A stretch of 64,000 bases of DNA, taken from Octopus sinensis. Taxonomy: Eukaryota. Positions 12,884 through 25,943 of the stretch are shown one piece after another. A program made the position numbers and the translations under genes. How positions within the stretch are numbered: position 1 is the first letter of the stretch; each line of letters opens with the position of its first letter. The stretch covers positions 34,906,001-34,970,000 of the forward strand of contig NC_042997.1 of assembly GCF_006345805.1 (NCBI RefSeq). The letters run 5' to 3'. Under the pieces are notes generated by a model. The model searched no databases and was not told the DNA's origin. It was given only the letters and a program-made list of their open reading frames with translations.

Positions 12884-14779
12884 TATATATATATATTTAT
12901 ATTTTATACATATGTATGTATATATGTGTGTGTGTATCTATTTTTGCATGTATATTACATATTCATGTGCATATATATATACATACATATATACGTCACG
13001 ATCATGTATACGTCTATGTAAAATACCTGTACATGCCTGTTATGCTTATAAACCTTTATATTTAGAAATACACATGTCATAAATATATAGTATAATGTAG
13101 ACGCACGTAAAAATAAACAAGCACATACATATAGAGGAAGACATAAAGTTACTCACAGACATACTCACAGTATATGTATGTATATGTGAGTATGTGATAT
13201 GCAGTATGGAATTAATTGCACACGCATAAAAATAATCTTTTTTCTCTCTGGTTGGCCTCGTGAATGATATTCAATTTGCCAAATAATTTAATAAAGACAT
13301 AGTGATATAGCATATAAAATAAATGAATTAAAATACGTTTTATCGAAAACAATATACTCTCAAATTACAAGATGAATATAAATGATAAGTGACAAGACAT
13401 CTGTATCTTATATTGGTGTTCTGAACGACTTCTGTCAGTTAAAATCATGTTTGATTCCATGTGACCACAACGCTATCAGTTTAAAACTGCAGAGATTCTA
13501 CGTATCTGTTACCTCTGAGTTTCCAAACACGAAATCATAGGCTATTGTCGAATATAAATTACTGAAGGAAATTAGCTACCAAACTGCCGCAAAATAGATG
13601 ATATTTTCATATTCTCACTCATACTAACAACTGTATCTTTATATAGACACACGCACACATTTAGATCCATATATATATACAAGTGTGTGTGTCTGTACGT
13701 GTGTGTACAAGCATACAAACATGTATACATGTACACAGGCACATATATAGCTCATATACGTGTTTGTTTGAGCAAACGTAACTATTAATCCTTCAAACAA
13801 TTTTAAACATTGTACCTATAAATTAAGTGCATCCAATAAATATTATCTCGTAAGTTCAGTCATTTTGAATTACGGAATTAGGAATATACTTAAATAACAT
13901 TCTTTATTGGTGTTAAAAGACTTGTAGTTGCGGCAAGTTAAAGAGTAATTGTAAGCTACCCATAGAATTAAGAATAGTCTTACCTGAAGTTTTAAAGATC
14001 TTGCATAATAGTGTGATAGTCATCACCGTAAAACGTTGTGCTAGCAGAACACATTTTCATTTTCACTCTATAGAGTATTTACTCCAACCAATTCCTAAAT
14101 TTCTCTTCATTGTAATGACTTATGGAAACATTGCGTAGTCAATTTCTGTATTTCTCAAGCCAGAAAGAATTTGTTAAAATAACCAATTTCTTGCATTAAT
14201 CAGGATATTGATATAGAATATATTTTATCCAGTCTCAAGTTATTTCAGACGACATTCAGAAATGGTTTTATAGAAATATACTTAACCTATCTGAATGAAT
14301 CTGGTGAATATATTTTTGATATTATATAACCATATAATTGACTCGTTTGGCTGAGAAAAAAAATAACAGAAAACGTAGTATGATTCAAAAGTAAAATTTG
14401 TTCTTTCTGACAAAAGAAAAATTGAGGAACACAATTTTTTTTCTGTCAAGTCATTCACAGGTAAATTTTTATGCTTCTCAACTGTTGCTCTCCTGCCAAT
14501 CAATTAAGAAAAACTGTTGTTTGTCAGGAGAGACGTGGCCTGTGATAACCATTGAAATGGCGAAGTGCCTACATCAGCTTTAGTAAGGAACCTTCTTCAT
14601 TAAAAACAAATAAATGATTGATCGAATTACCATTATTTGAAGTAACGGCAAAACACTCCAGCCGAATTGATATAATTATGATGAAGAACATGTATTGAGT
14701 AGTTTCCATCTCTCTCTCCCCCCTCTATCTCTCTCTCTATCTCTTTACTACATATATATTCATACCCTCATACATATGC

Positions 14780-14824
<45 letters not shown>

Positions 14825-15276
14825 TATAATATATACATATATATATATAATATATATATATATGGGCACAAAAATATTTGTATAATTTTATATCTGTTGG
14901 TTTCTTTGTGCCATATTTCACTTGTGGAGTAATTCATTTTTACTTTTAGTTTTCTTAAATTAATAAAGAATTTCATAACGTTTAAATTGAAACTCTTACT
15001 GGATTATATTAATTGACATTTTATAACAAGTTTATTTTTTTTATTTGCTAAAATATTTCAATAATGAATTATTGAACTTTACTTTTTAAAAAAGTATTGG
15101 AAATCTGTATTTCATTAACTTATAGGAAAATATGAAACTTTTCCATATGCTAAATCAATATAGCAAATACGCAAACATACATCCTCTTACATACACGCAT
15201 AGTGAGATATACACATACTATGTGTGCATGACTAAAATTATGCTTTTAGTTAAAAGTTTTTCTGTCAATGATTTAC

Positions 15277-15307
<31 letters not shown>

Positions 15308-15322
15308 TATTTACACATATAA

Positions 15323-15370
<48 letters not shown>

Positions 15371-17649
15371 TATGTGTGTGTGTATCTATGTATGTATACA
15401 CAAACACACGTGTGTTCCTTTTCCTCCACTATTTTAGGCATAACAACTTAATAGAAATGATTAGTATTGGTTGAAAATTAGTATACATCACGTTCAAGAA
15501 ATATACTTTGCGTACTTTTATTAACAGTATTGTTATTATCATTGTTATTGCTGCTACTACTAATACTGACATTAAAAAAACAGCTAATTTATATTTTATC
15601 CATATCAGAAAACCAAGCCATTCAATGTTTGAACCTAAATTGCGGAGAACGGAAAATCTTAATTTAAAGTGTAATAGATATAAGAAAATAACCATTATAG
15701 AACGTATTTGAGTTTGGAAACATTGGTACAGATACGTGGTCAACTGAAGTTTTACGATAACAATGATACCCAATGACTGTAAATTATTTTTAATGTGGTG
15801 ACCTCTAGGACCAACTATGAAGGAAAGTTAAAAGGGAAAATAAAATCCCAGTTGCTTCTTGCATTTGGTGTACATTTGTATTTCAATCTGAAGTCATCCA
15901 AATTTTCAGATAAAATACCTAAAATATCTGATTAAACTTGGATGTTTTCAAAGACTGAAATACACTGTACAAAACACAAAAGCTGCATTTATTAAAACCA
16001 TTTCTTTGTGTTGGTTTACACAAGAAATCTTTAGTAAAAAATCAGATTTCGGTTGTACAAAGAAGATCCTATTAATTCATAATTTCTGTGCAATTTTGTT
16101 TTGAAAAAAAAATGAACGAAATATCTCAAAAGATATACAAATATAGATCGGGAATATTCAAACCATTTCATGTTTGCTCATACAAAAATGCATGGGTTTC
16201 TTCTTACATATTTACATAATAAAACACACACAACTAGACACACGTGCACAAACACACACATATATACATATATACATATGTATGTATGAGTGTGTTTATG
16301 TGTGTGATCCTTGGAGCATATTTCTTATTTAAATTATTGATGTAAGATTTCAATAAGATATATGCCCCAAATATTTTCTGCATGTAAAATATGCCTCTCT
16401 ACATTTTTGTATTCGCTTTATATCATTTTAAAGATGATTATTCCCAAGTATAAAACTTCACGAAAGCAAAGTTACAATTTTTCGACATATGCTTGTATAG
16501 TTTCGCCCATAGCAAAATCTTCTTGCAGCAGTAAATTTGGATATTTAAGCGACAAAAAACGTTTGAGCAATCTACCAATTATCAGTTCAATTAACTATAA
16601 CATGTATAATTAAACGATATTAATCTTCTCAAATTAACGCAGCCTGCTAATATAACATTTATATCATCATGAAGTACATGACTACGATCCTAATTACTGT
16701 AGACACATTTGTCAAGACTTCACTTTCTGTAAATTTTCTCCTGCAAACTTTGTAAAATGTTTTATGGACCCGCATACGATGTTTTTCCTTATTGCGTGAT
16801 AAAACGAATGTGAGAATATGTTTATAAGCATACAAGTGCGTATGCATATATATATATATATACAAATGGTTGCGAAGATATTTTCGGAAACACGATCTCA
16901 TAGGTTCACTGCAATGTCTTCAGCAAATATCAGAGTTTATATTCGCGGGGAGATGCATAATTTTTCAATCACATTTGTTTGATGGAATCTGTATATAATT
17001 ACTCATAGAATGTATATAATTACTATAGAGGATAGTTTAGATTATTTATCGACCCCACTATATGGCTCGAACTTCTTTTCGATTGAGAAATGATTAAAAC
17101 AAAAGTTAAATTCGCTCGAATTTGATCTGAAAGAATAAAGAGCTCGTAGAAAATCTACAAATTTAATTCGAAGCTCTAAAAATTCTCTCAACCCATCATG
17201 ATTTTAATGATGTTTAATTTAGGTCAAAAGCTAGTATTCAGAAGGAAGTGAATTAGTTGGCCCAAAGATTCCAATAATTTACTGCTACTTTATTGTCATA
17301 TCTTTCGTAGGCGTGAAAGGTTGGCCTCTTCGTAATATTCCTTTCCCTGCTTCAACCCATGCTATGTTTGGGTATCTTTCAAACTACACCTTGAGCTTGT
17401 GCGTATGGAGTTGTATCTTTCACAAGATTTTTGAAAGATCACCCTGGTACACTGTTTGGGATATGCTTCTCACTTCTCAGTGCAATACAGTTGTACTGCT
17501 TAACTGATGTACGCGCCTAGTCTACGTGTATATTCTTACACTGCACGATTCGAGAAGTCTGACATAATTTCATTCGTTTTAGTGTTCTGCATGCAACGTA
17601 TTGACTTTTATTATTATTATATTATTATTATTATTATTATTATTATTAA

Positions 17650-17860
17650 GGCGGTGACCTGGCAGAATCCTTAGCACGCTGGACGAAATGTTTAGCGATA
17701 TTTCTCCCGTCAGTATGTCTGAGTTCAAATTCCATTAAGGTCGAGTTTACCTTCCATCCTTTCGGGGTGGATAAAATAAATACCAGTGAAACACTGGGGT
17801 CGATAAAATCAACTTATCCCCTCCCCCAATACCGCTGCTCTTGCAGCAAAATTTGAAACC
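17650..17860 (+). mobile_element. tRNA-derived SINE, family B (Nin/Deu-domain-like core) with (ATT)n tail to ~17987
   Basis: GGCGGTGA.CTGGCAGAATC.TTAGCACG head, gagttcaaattcc B-box, and core cctt.catcctttcgggg..gataaaata..taccag. Confidence 0.85.
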
Positions 17861-17876
17861 ATTATTATTATTATTA

Positions 17877-17931
<55 letters not shown>

Positions 17932-19573
17932 CATTATCGTTATTATTATTATTATTATCATTATTATTATTGTTATTATTATTATTGAACATTTTATTTA
18001 TTCTTTTTGATAATTCCATTTTTCGAAGTTTATTGCTACTGGAAACAATACTGTACATTGCATATGTCGAAAAAAGCGGGTCTTCCTTTGCACACGTCCT
18101 TCAAGATCTGATTAATTTCCCAACTCATCTGTATGACCCTAACAAACTGGGTGAGATCTCCTCAATTCTCAAGGGATTATTCCACTTACCTTCACAATCG
18201 AGCCATCAACCATGAAATACAATACTGATCGACTGTGTTAATATTTAGTTCAGATTGCAAAGCGTCAGCCTTTTCTCTATACTTCATCTCATAATAAGAT
18301 TTTACACACGACTGAATATCCTTAGTACTGATTTCATTAGATTTATCCCAACGTTATTTCCGAAAGTACCGTATTCGAAATCCACTAAACAGCAGTTTAA
18401 GCCAAACGTAAAACTTAATTGGGGCTTATTTTATGGACTATAGAATGATGACTGGCTAAATCGTCCACGATTCCGAAGATTTTTACCAAATGATCTGTCT
18501 TCACCTTTGGAGCCATTAGCAATATTTATAGTTCTAGAAAGCTTAAGCGCATTTATGTTAACTATGCCAACATTATGAATTGGTTCAGAAATCCAAAATA
18601 CAAAGTGTATTCATTATTGCCTTTATACTAAGTTCCTGTTTAGAATACATTATTGATTTTCGTTGCCGTTTGGAACATAAGTGGAACATGTATTAACGAT
18701 AAATAATATGACGTTATTTGTGGAGAACATGATTTTATAATTCTCTTATGGTGAGCAATAATTTAAAAGTAATTTACTGTTTTACTCAAAAGCAAATTCT
18801 TATATATCATAGTTTATAACCAGAGCTTGCATTAGACTCTAGGATGTTTAAAAAACTAACTTCAAACTAGGAATAGAGGAATAATATTATTCTGGTCTCC
18901 ACATGTTCGTGACTAGATTAATCTAACACAATATACGACATTCTCTAAAAATCGTATTTCATTTATTTTCTTTCTCTAAATGTTTTACATTATGCAGCAA
19001 CATAGTTATAGTTTTCCAAGGACCGTATTTGTTTACATTGCTTAACGGAAGAATCAGAAAAAGTAATAACAAATTCCTGAATTAAATAAACCGTAGGTAA
19101 CTTCACCATGGTTGGTTCGAACACACACACTAACACCCACCCCACACACAAATGTGCAATAATAACGGGAAATGTGTGCCGATTATTGGTGTCAGGTAAT
19201 GCTATTTACCACGGTATTTAAAGTGAGCCAAAACAATATTGTATCAGACGCTGCTGCTGAAACGATTGATAGAATAAAATATTTAAAGAAAAAAACCTAA
19301 TAGACTATTTTATGATTAATGTAATCACTAGTTGATTCTTAAATATTTTCATTTAATTTTGGCAATCTATTTCTTCCAGAGTTTAGAAAGAAATATAATG
19401 TTATTGTTGTCTGACTTATGGTAGATTCATGTCAACCAGAGAAGGATATAATAGTCTATACCACTATTCGATAACATACTAACATAGTCGATCAGTATTA
19501 CATTAGTACTTACCACAAAATTAGATATGGTACATTCGCATTCCATACATGAGTGTGTACTTGTATATATATA

Positions 19574-19623
<50 letters not shown>

Positions 19624-20794
19624 AATACATATACATACATTCACATATATATATATATATATTTATAAATAATATATATACATACATTCACATATATATT
19701 TAAAAATATATATATATAAATAAATACATATACATACATTCATATATATATATATTTATTTATTTATTTGCATTGTTATGTGATGGTGACTATTGTGCTT
19801 AAATTATTTTTATAAGAGTTGAATATTTAACGATGAAAATCTTTGAAACTGTTAACTGTAGAAATATCCACATGGTTTTCTATATTTTTATTAATTTAAC
19901 GTGAAACAGGCTACAGTGAGAAAATGTCTTAATCAATTGTTTAATGAATATATCTATCTGTTATCTATCTCCAACTACCAGGTGAAGGAAGGAGATTAAA
20001 AATAATTGGTCTGGTGCTACAATAAATTAAGCTTAGCAGAGTATCTGAACTCATAATATATGATTTATTTTTACAAGGTGTAATACATGCATAACCGAAA
20101 ACTTATATATTGTTTCCAGATATCATATGCAGTAAAAGTTTACAGATAGAATTCTATAATTAGACATTCACTTCCAGATAAATATATATCAGGGAATGCC
20201 TGACTTTTGTTATTTGCTACAAAGATCGAAGCAAAGTGCCGTTATATCTCATCGTGATTCATCGTAGTTCAGGTTTCTTGTCGATTCCTGTCAATATGAC
20301 AATAAAGAATCGCAGACAAGGGTACCTTTAGTAGTATTGTTACCAAAACAGCGTCAGAATGTAAAACGTATACCGTAAACATTTAAGTGTAGCAGATCCA
20401 TAAAGGATAGTTATATATCAACAATATGTGTGACTGGAGATCTATTTATAAAATCGAGAGATCCAAGCTTGAAAGCTGTAGCAATTTCTCACACAAATAC
20501 TAGTTGAAAACTATCTTAGTAATCATGGGATTCATTTGTGTCTTCAGCAAATGATATAGCTGTGAAACATCTATATATAGAATATTTGTTGCGCTTCTTA
20601 TATAGACACATTTGTAAACACGATCTATTTCATAGTCACCATTACAATTGCAAATCTTACGTTTCGTATATATATATATGTATATCTAAAAATATGTATA
20701 CACACGTATGTCTTGCCGAATGTTCTCTATTCTGTGGCGTTGGTCTCGAGTTATGTGAAGGAATCAGCGGATGTATGATTTAGAGGAGATGAGT

Positions 20795-20800
20795 ACTCAC
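20795..20800 (-). other. 5' splice site of the nAChR exon
   Basis: AG|GTGAGT consensus right after PLI-G. Homology stops here and the unspliced frame ends 16 codons later. Confidence 0.92.
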
Positions 20801-21342
20801 CTATGAGAGGTAGGACGTCCGATGTCGGTGGCATCTTTTCGGCCACTATCATTAAAAATACAGTCATGGACAGAAGTGTGGTAATCCCCATGGATATTTT
20901 TTCTCCTGAATCAGATGGCATATAAAAGCCGAGCAGAGCCACCAAAGTTATTAAGATACAGGGCATGACCATGTTGAACAAATAAAAAAGCGGGCGTCTT
21001 TTTATTAATATATGATAGTGAATAATGATGTAAGGTTCCTCGCAGCACGAGAAACGAACGACGTGCCGCTTTTGTTGAAAGCCGATCAGGGACCACTCTG
21101 AATTTTCGATGTAGTTTGACATGTCCCCATTGTCTTCACCGTTGGTTAATATATTAACTTGGTATGCGTCGTACGTCCATGACGCAAATTCCATGGAGCA
21201 GTTCTGTTCGTCGAAAGGAAAAAACTTGACATCGATGGAGCATGAACTCTTGAAGATGACCATGGACAACCAGGTGACGTTTCCCTCGCTGGTGACTATC
21301 ACGTTCGTACTGATGGACGATTCGAACGCCTTCACGTCAGCA
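20801..21342 (-). CDS. Internal coding exon (542 bp, phase 2 -> phase 1) of a nicotinic acetylcholine receptor alpha-type subunit, alpha9/alpha10-like architecture
   Basis: Translates to (S)ADVKAFESSISTNVIVTSEGNVTWLSMVIFKSSCSIDVKFFPFDEQNCSMEFASWTY...RFSCCEEPY...RRPLFYLFNMVMPCILITLVALLGFYMPSDSGEKISMGITTLLSMTVFLMIVAEKMPPTSDVLPLI(G). This shows the Cys-loop C-x13-C with FPFD, loop B SWTY, vicinal CC, M1, the GEK linker and M2. Acceptor ttcttttactcttcag|T at 21343/21342; donor ATAG|gtgagt at 20801/20800. Confidence 0.97.
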
Positions 21343-21362
21343 CTGAAGAGTAAAAGAATTGA
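21343..21362 (-). other. 3' splice site and polypyrimidine tract of the nAChR exon
   Basis: Minus strand reads tcaattcttttactcttcag|TGCTGAC, the usual phase-2 intron position before (S)AD in nAChR genes. Confidence 0.9.
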
Positions 21363-21400
21363 TGCAGTAATAAGCGTGTTGTTGTTGCCTCATAGATAGT

Positions 21401-21425
21401 CATGCATGCATGCATACATGCATGC
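21401..21425 (-). promoter_or_regulatory. Cluster of (U)GCAUG RBFOX-type motifs upstream of the acceptor
   Basis: Minus strand GCATGCATGTATGCATGCATGCATG holds 4 TGCATG plus 1 GCATG, 58-82 nt upstream of the 3' splice site. Confidence 0.35.
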
Positions 21426-21881
21426 CTAGATACATACACACGTACATGATACAAACAAACAGAAACACACACACTTACACCTAGTCAGCTGGAACTCATC
21501 GCAGTGTTTAACATATCAGTCCACATGCTTCTATAACTTTTACAGATCGTCTATTTGATATAAAGTGTATGATGATATTAGATTTAAATGCAAATGAAAT
21601 GACTTAATATGACTTTCGTATTAACATCAGTTCTTTCTAATTAGAATTCCTCAACTATATTTAATTGAACGGTGACAAGAATATATATTAATGATGAACA
21701 AATCTAATCTGACTACATCCACTAAGGATACCTACTTACAGAAAAATAATAATCTTTTTTAGTACTACTAATCTATTTTAGTACTTTTTTAGTACTACAG
21801 TAGTCAAATGTGTACATATATATATATAGATGAGAGTGCTATTCTATTACGCGTTTTGTGTTTAAACATACGTGAACACAC

Positions 21882-21931
<50 letters not shown>

Positions 21932-24900
21932 TATATATTACACACATGCGTTTATATACAGCACACACACGCATCTTCACATTTACAACATATATGCGTT
22001 TGTGTATGTATTGTGTGTGTGTGTGTATGTGTGTGTGTGTGAAAACCTGAATTTTTATATCTTTGCGTAGAAACTATTTAATTTTTGTGCTTGTGTGTGT
22101 CATGGTAAATGTATATATAATAAACCTTCATGCACTCACGAATATACACATACGGCTAGTATACGCATATATAGACACACATGGAGACTTCCAGTTAAAG
22201 TAAAGATGTTAATCTTCGAATTTAAATTTAAATTGAAATGTTCCAGAAAATTGCAAAAAGCAAGGGATTTCACGTTCGTGTAAAATATATCTTTTACTGC
22301 ATCATTCTATTTTATTATTATCTTTATTATAAAGGCATATAATTTGGTGTAATGCAAATGGGTCTCCCATTAATTATTACGGCGACAAAATGACTGAATA
22401 TACTGAAGCTAAAGTTAAAATATGAAAAATTAACCAAGTATTTAAGAATATAGAGATTTAATATATTATGTGCTGTCATAGCTGGAAAAGTTAATATTTT
22501 GTTCGTAATTATATGCTTATTAATGTTGCCGTTATGTCGAGATATCTGAGTGACTAGATCTTCCTTTTACAAGCTATGTTTATTTCAATCATAGTCAATT
22601 AACAGAAGTAAGTCATGATCTAAAAGTGGAATATTTGTCATTATTTTTAGAAGGCAGCTAAATGTCGAAAACTACAGTGTGAGATGTAAAATATGAAAGG
22701 TTTAAATCTGAGTCTATGTCATAAGGGGTCTGCAGATGTTCGTAGGGGTGAGACGTATAGCTTATGTCACAGAAATTTTAACTCAGTTCGTGGAAAGATT
22801 TAACTAAATGCTGCAAGCTATTTCTTGCGACAGTATGCCTCTCCACTATCATGAAACACCTATTTACTTAAGACTATTACAGCTTACAATGAATTTGTGG
22901 CGTTAAAAATTTCTCTGTAATTTATTTGATGGAAATGCGAAGAAGTGCGCCTTGAAGTCTCAATTCGATGGATCCTTTTATCGATTCAACTGCTTACAAT
23001 TCCCCTCATTAGCGTGAAATATAAACGCCTCAATTGCATTTCTAATCAGTTATGAGTTGTGAATTAGGCCATGTTTATAGAGTTCTAAAATATTATTTTC
23101 ACTTTAACTCCCTTAGCCTTAATATTTTGTGGGGAAAAGACGCTTGTACTAATGTTGAGGTCTATCCTAAAGGATAAGTCACTTGACTACTATCAACTGA
23201 CGACCTTAAAAATCAGAATGTACAAATCTGTAGAATGATTTTCAAAAATCCTTGTGTAGATTTAACATTATTATTGCAGAACTTCTCCGCAAATGTTTAA
23301 GTTGCAAAATACTCGTATCTGATGTCTATTTAACGAAATGACAAGAAACTGTAAGATTCACATAAAACATTTTTGTTCTCAGAATAAAAAAATCACGAAG
23401 TATCTTATTTTGTTTCTTAAAACTATTATAGCTTAAAAATAATTAGTATTTCATCTTGCTGTGATAAATCCTTCAATCGATAATTTTTTCAAACCCTAAA
23501 TGATACAGAAACCAAGAATGGTCGAATTTTTGCACATCAGACGAATAACTGTGTGTGCGAGAAATTTGATATTTTGCACTCAATTTTGTATTCAATTCCA
23601 TAGCAATAAATACTCAATAGTCCAGTAAACCTATGTTAAATTATGTCCAATTCAGCAGAAATATTTACCCTTGTCTCATAACATTCCTGACTGCTTTTGA
23701 TTTAAAGCAGAATTTAGCTCAAATTCAAACGTAAATGTCGACACAAGAGGAGCTGTACACTACAAAACTAACCTTTAAATTATTTCGGCTGATTATCTAC
23801 AAATGAACATGAGAAATCAAGAAATTCACTTCAGTATCTGAGCACTTTCTTGATTGTTATTTATTTGGACAACTCCGTGCATAACTTCTGAGTGAAGTAC
23901 ATACAATACTTTGTTGAACTTTTTCGGCATACGATATTCATTTCTATGATAATAGTTTGGCTTTTGGGAAAATTCTATTACTTCTTTCCCTAAAAATATT
24001 GCTTCTATTTCAGAAACAAACATTAAAAATCTTTTTGTGGTGCACAGAATTATATAGCATAAAGTCCTCACTCAACCATCTAAACGTGGTTTTCATCTGC
24101 TGATGCAAATGTCTCCTGATTTCTGTAATAGTTTGCAGAAAGGTGTAAACGTCACAAATGCATTTTTTGTCACTGCCATTTATTTATTTCATGTTCATTC
24201 ACTTGAAAGGACACGAAGCTTATCTGTTAGATCTAATACCGATATTGCTAGAGAAAAACAGGTTATATGAGCCATAAATCAAGTTGTACCTCTACATGGG
24301 GTTTAAAAATGAGTTTATGCTGTATATATTTTCATTTATTCTGCAGATGCGATTGGGAAAGATTTTACTCTGAAATATATGTTTCTCATATCGGAATGTA
24401 TATTTTACAATGTGCAGCATAAGTGATAACTGTGGATTTACAAATTCATAAATTCAATAACAGCTCAGTTACTTATATAATCTTCGAAAATTTGTATCTC
24501 ATGAAATAGACCTCAAGAAATTTAGTGCAGTGAAAATGTAAACTTCAATCATTAGACACGTTCTATTCAAGCGTTAGGTATTCGGACTAGGTGACAGCGA
24601 AAATATTTTAAGCCTTTTAATAGCTGAAGCCGTCTTTCCACTTTTAACGGTTCCACAGGGAGGATAGTGAACATTGGTCCCCTAACCAATTATCGTACTG
24701 AGAAATATTTATAACGAAAAGAGGGTAAATTAAATGGCTGAAGCACCATACCGTTTAAAACTACCTTAATTAGTTGACGGCTATGAAAACAAATATGGAA
24801 ACTGCGTCTATTCCAATAACACGAGCTCGTGGTCATTATTCAAATCATTTTACATAATTTCCTGAAAACAAAATACCAATTTCATACAAGAGATATAATC

Positions 24901-25889
24901 ATTTGGATCTATATCACTATACGAGATGTAACCCTTTAGATTAACCCCATTATATTGCTGGTGACTATGTATATCATCCAAGCATTTGTACATTTAAATT
25001 GTTTACTTTTAAAAGGGTGGAATAACTTTAATATATTTCGCTGAAAAATATATATGTGTTAAATTGTGAGAAAGATCCATCAAGCTTTATATCTTTGGCC
25101 AGCAAACTACCATGATTAAAACCAAAACACGAAACAAATTGTAACAAAAACTGAAGAAAAACAGTTTTGGGAAGACAAATCTCTAGCAAAACAATTGCGA
25201 CAAATGGAGAAATATCCGGACTAGAACTCAGCACAGTAGTAAGTAATGAACCACCCTCGTATTTTACGGCGTTACATAATAACTATCCATAGGCTATTTT
25301 TATTGCCGGATTCAGTGTAAGTTATATACATTTGCAGCTGTAGGTTACAAATATGATATATTGTCTGGAGAACGGTACACTTTAATAGATTTCCCCAACT
25401 TTTCCCAGAAAAGCATAAAGCTTCAATATTGTCACGAACACTAAACTCGTTATTGTGTAGTATGTGAATCTGAAAAAGTATAGGAACTATTATAAATGAA
25501 AAGACAGTCTCTAAACAGGAATGAAATCGAAATACTAGATACACCCACGTGGAAGCTTATATTTTAACCTTCTTTATTCGCTTTACAAAAATCAACATAG
25601 GAAACTCATAAAGGTATCGACGTTTCATTTGTTGATTTATATATTTGAAATACAACTATATGATTTAGATATACATGCACCTTATATAACAAATATATAT
25701 ATTTGATATATGTTTCCTACATGTTGGAAATACGATTATGTTATAATGCATACATAAACGATACCTATTGATAAGAACACACACATACAGATATACACAC
25801 AAACAAACACACGCATACACACCAATTTATATATTAATATAAATAAATTTCTGTCTCTCTCTTCTCTCTCTCATATATATATATATATA

Positions 25890-25943
<54 letters not shown>

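Noticed and set aside
17747-18215. Poly-Asn and poly-Leu ORFs (also 28707-28964)
   Set aside because: (ATT)n tails of retroelements.
18884-18915. NMWRPE resembling the WxPD motif
   Set aside because: It is immediately followed by a stop and is on the wrong side of the main exon.
20751-20800. ORF-track extension GEYSSPLNHTSADSFT* as the true C-terminus
   Set aside because: Homology ends at a consensus GTGAGT donor, so this is intron read-through; M3 and M4 must be on a later exon.
20911-21399. Plus-strand ORFs of 61 and 92 aa overlapping the nAChR exon
   Set aside because: Antisense shadows of a GC-rich coding exon, with no independent motif.
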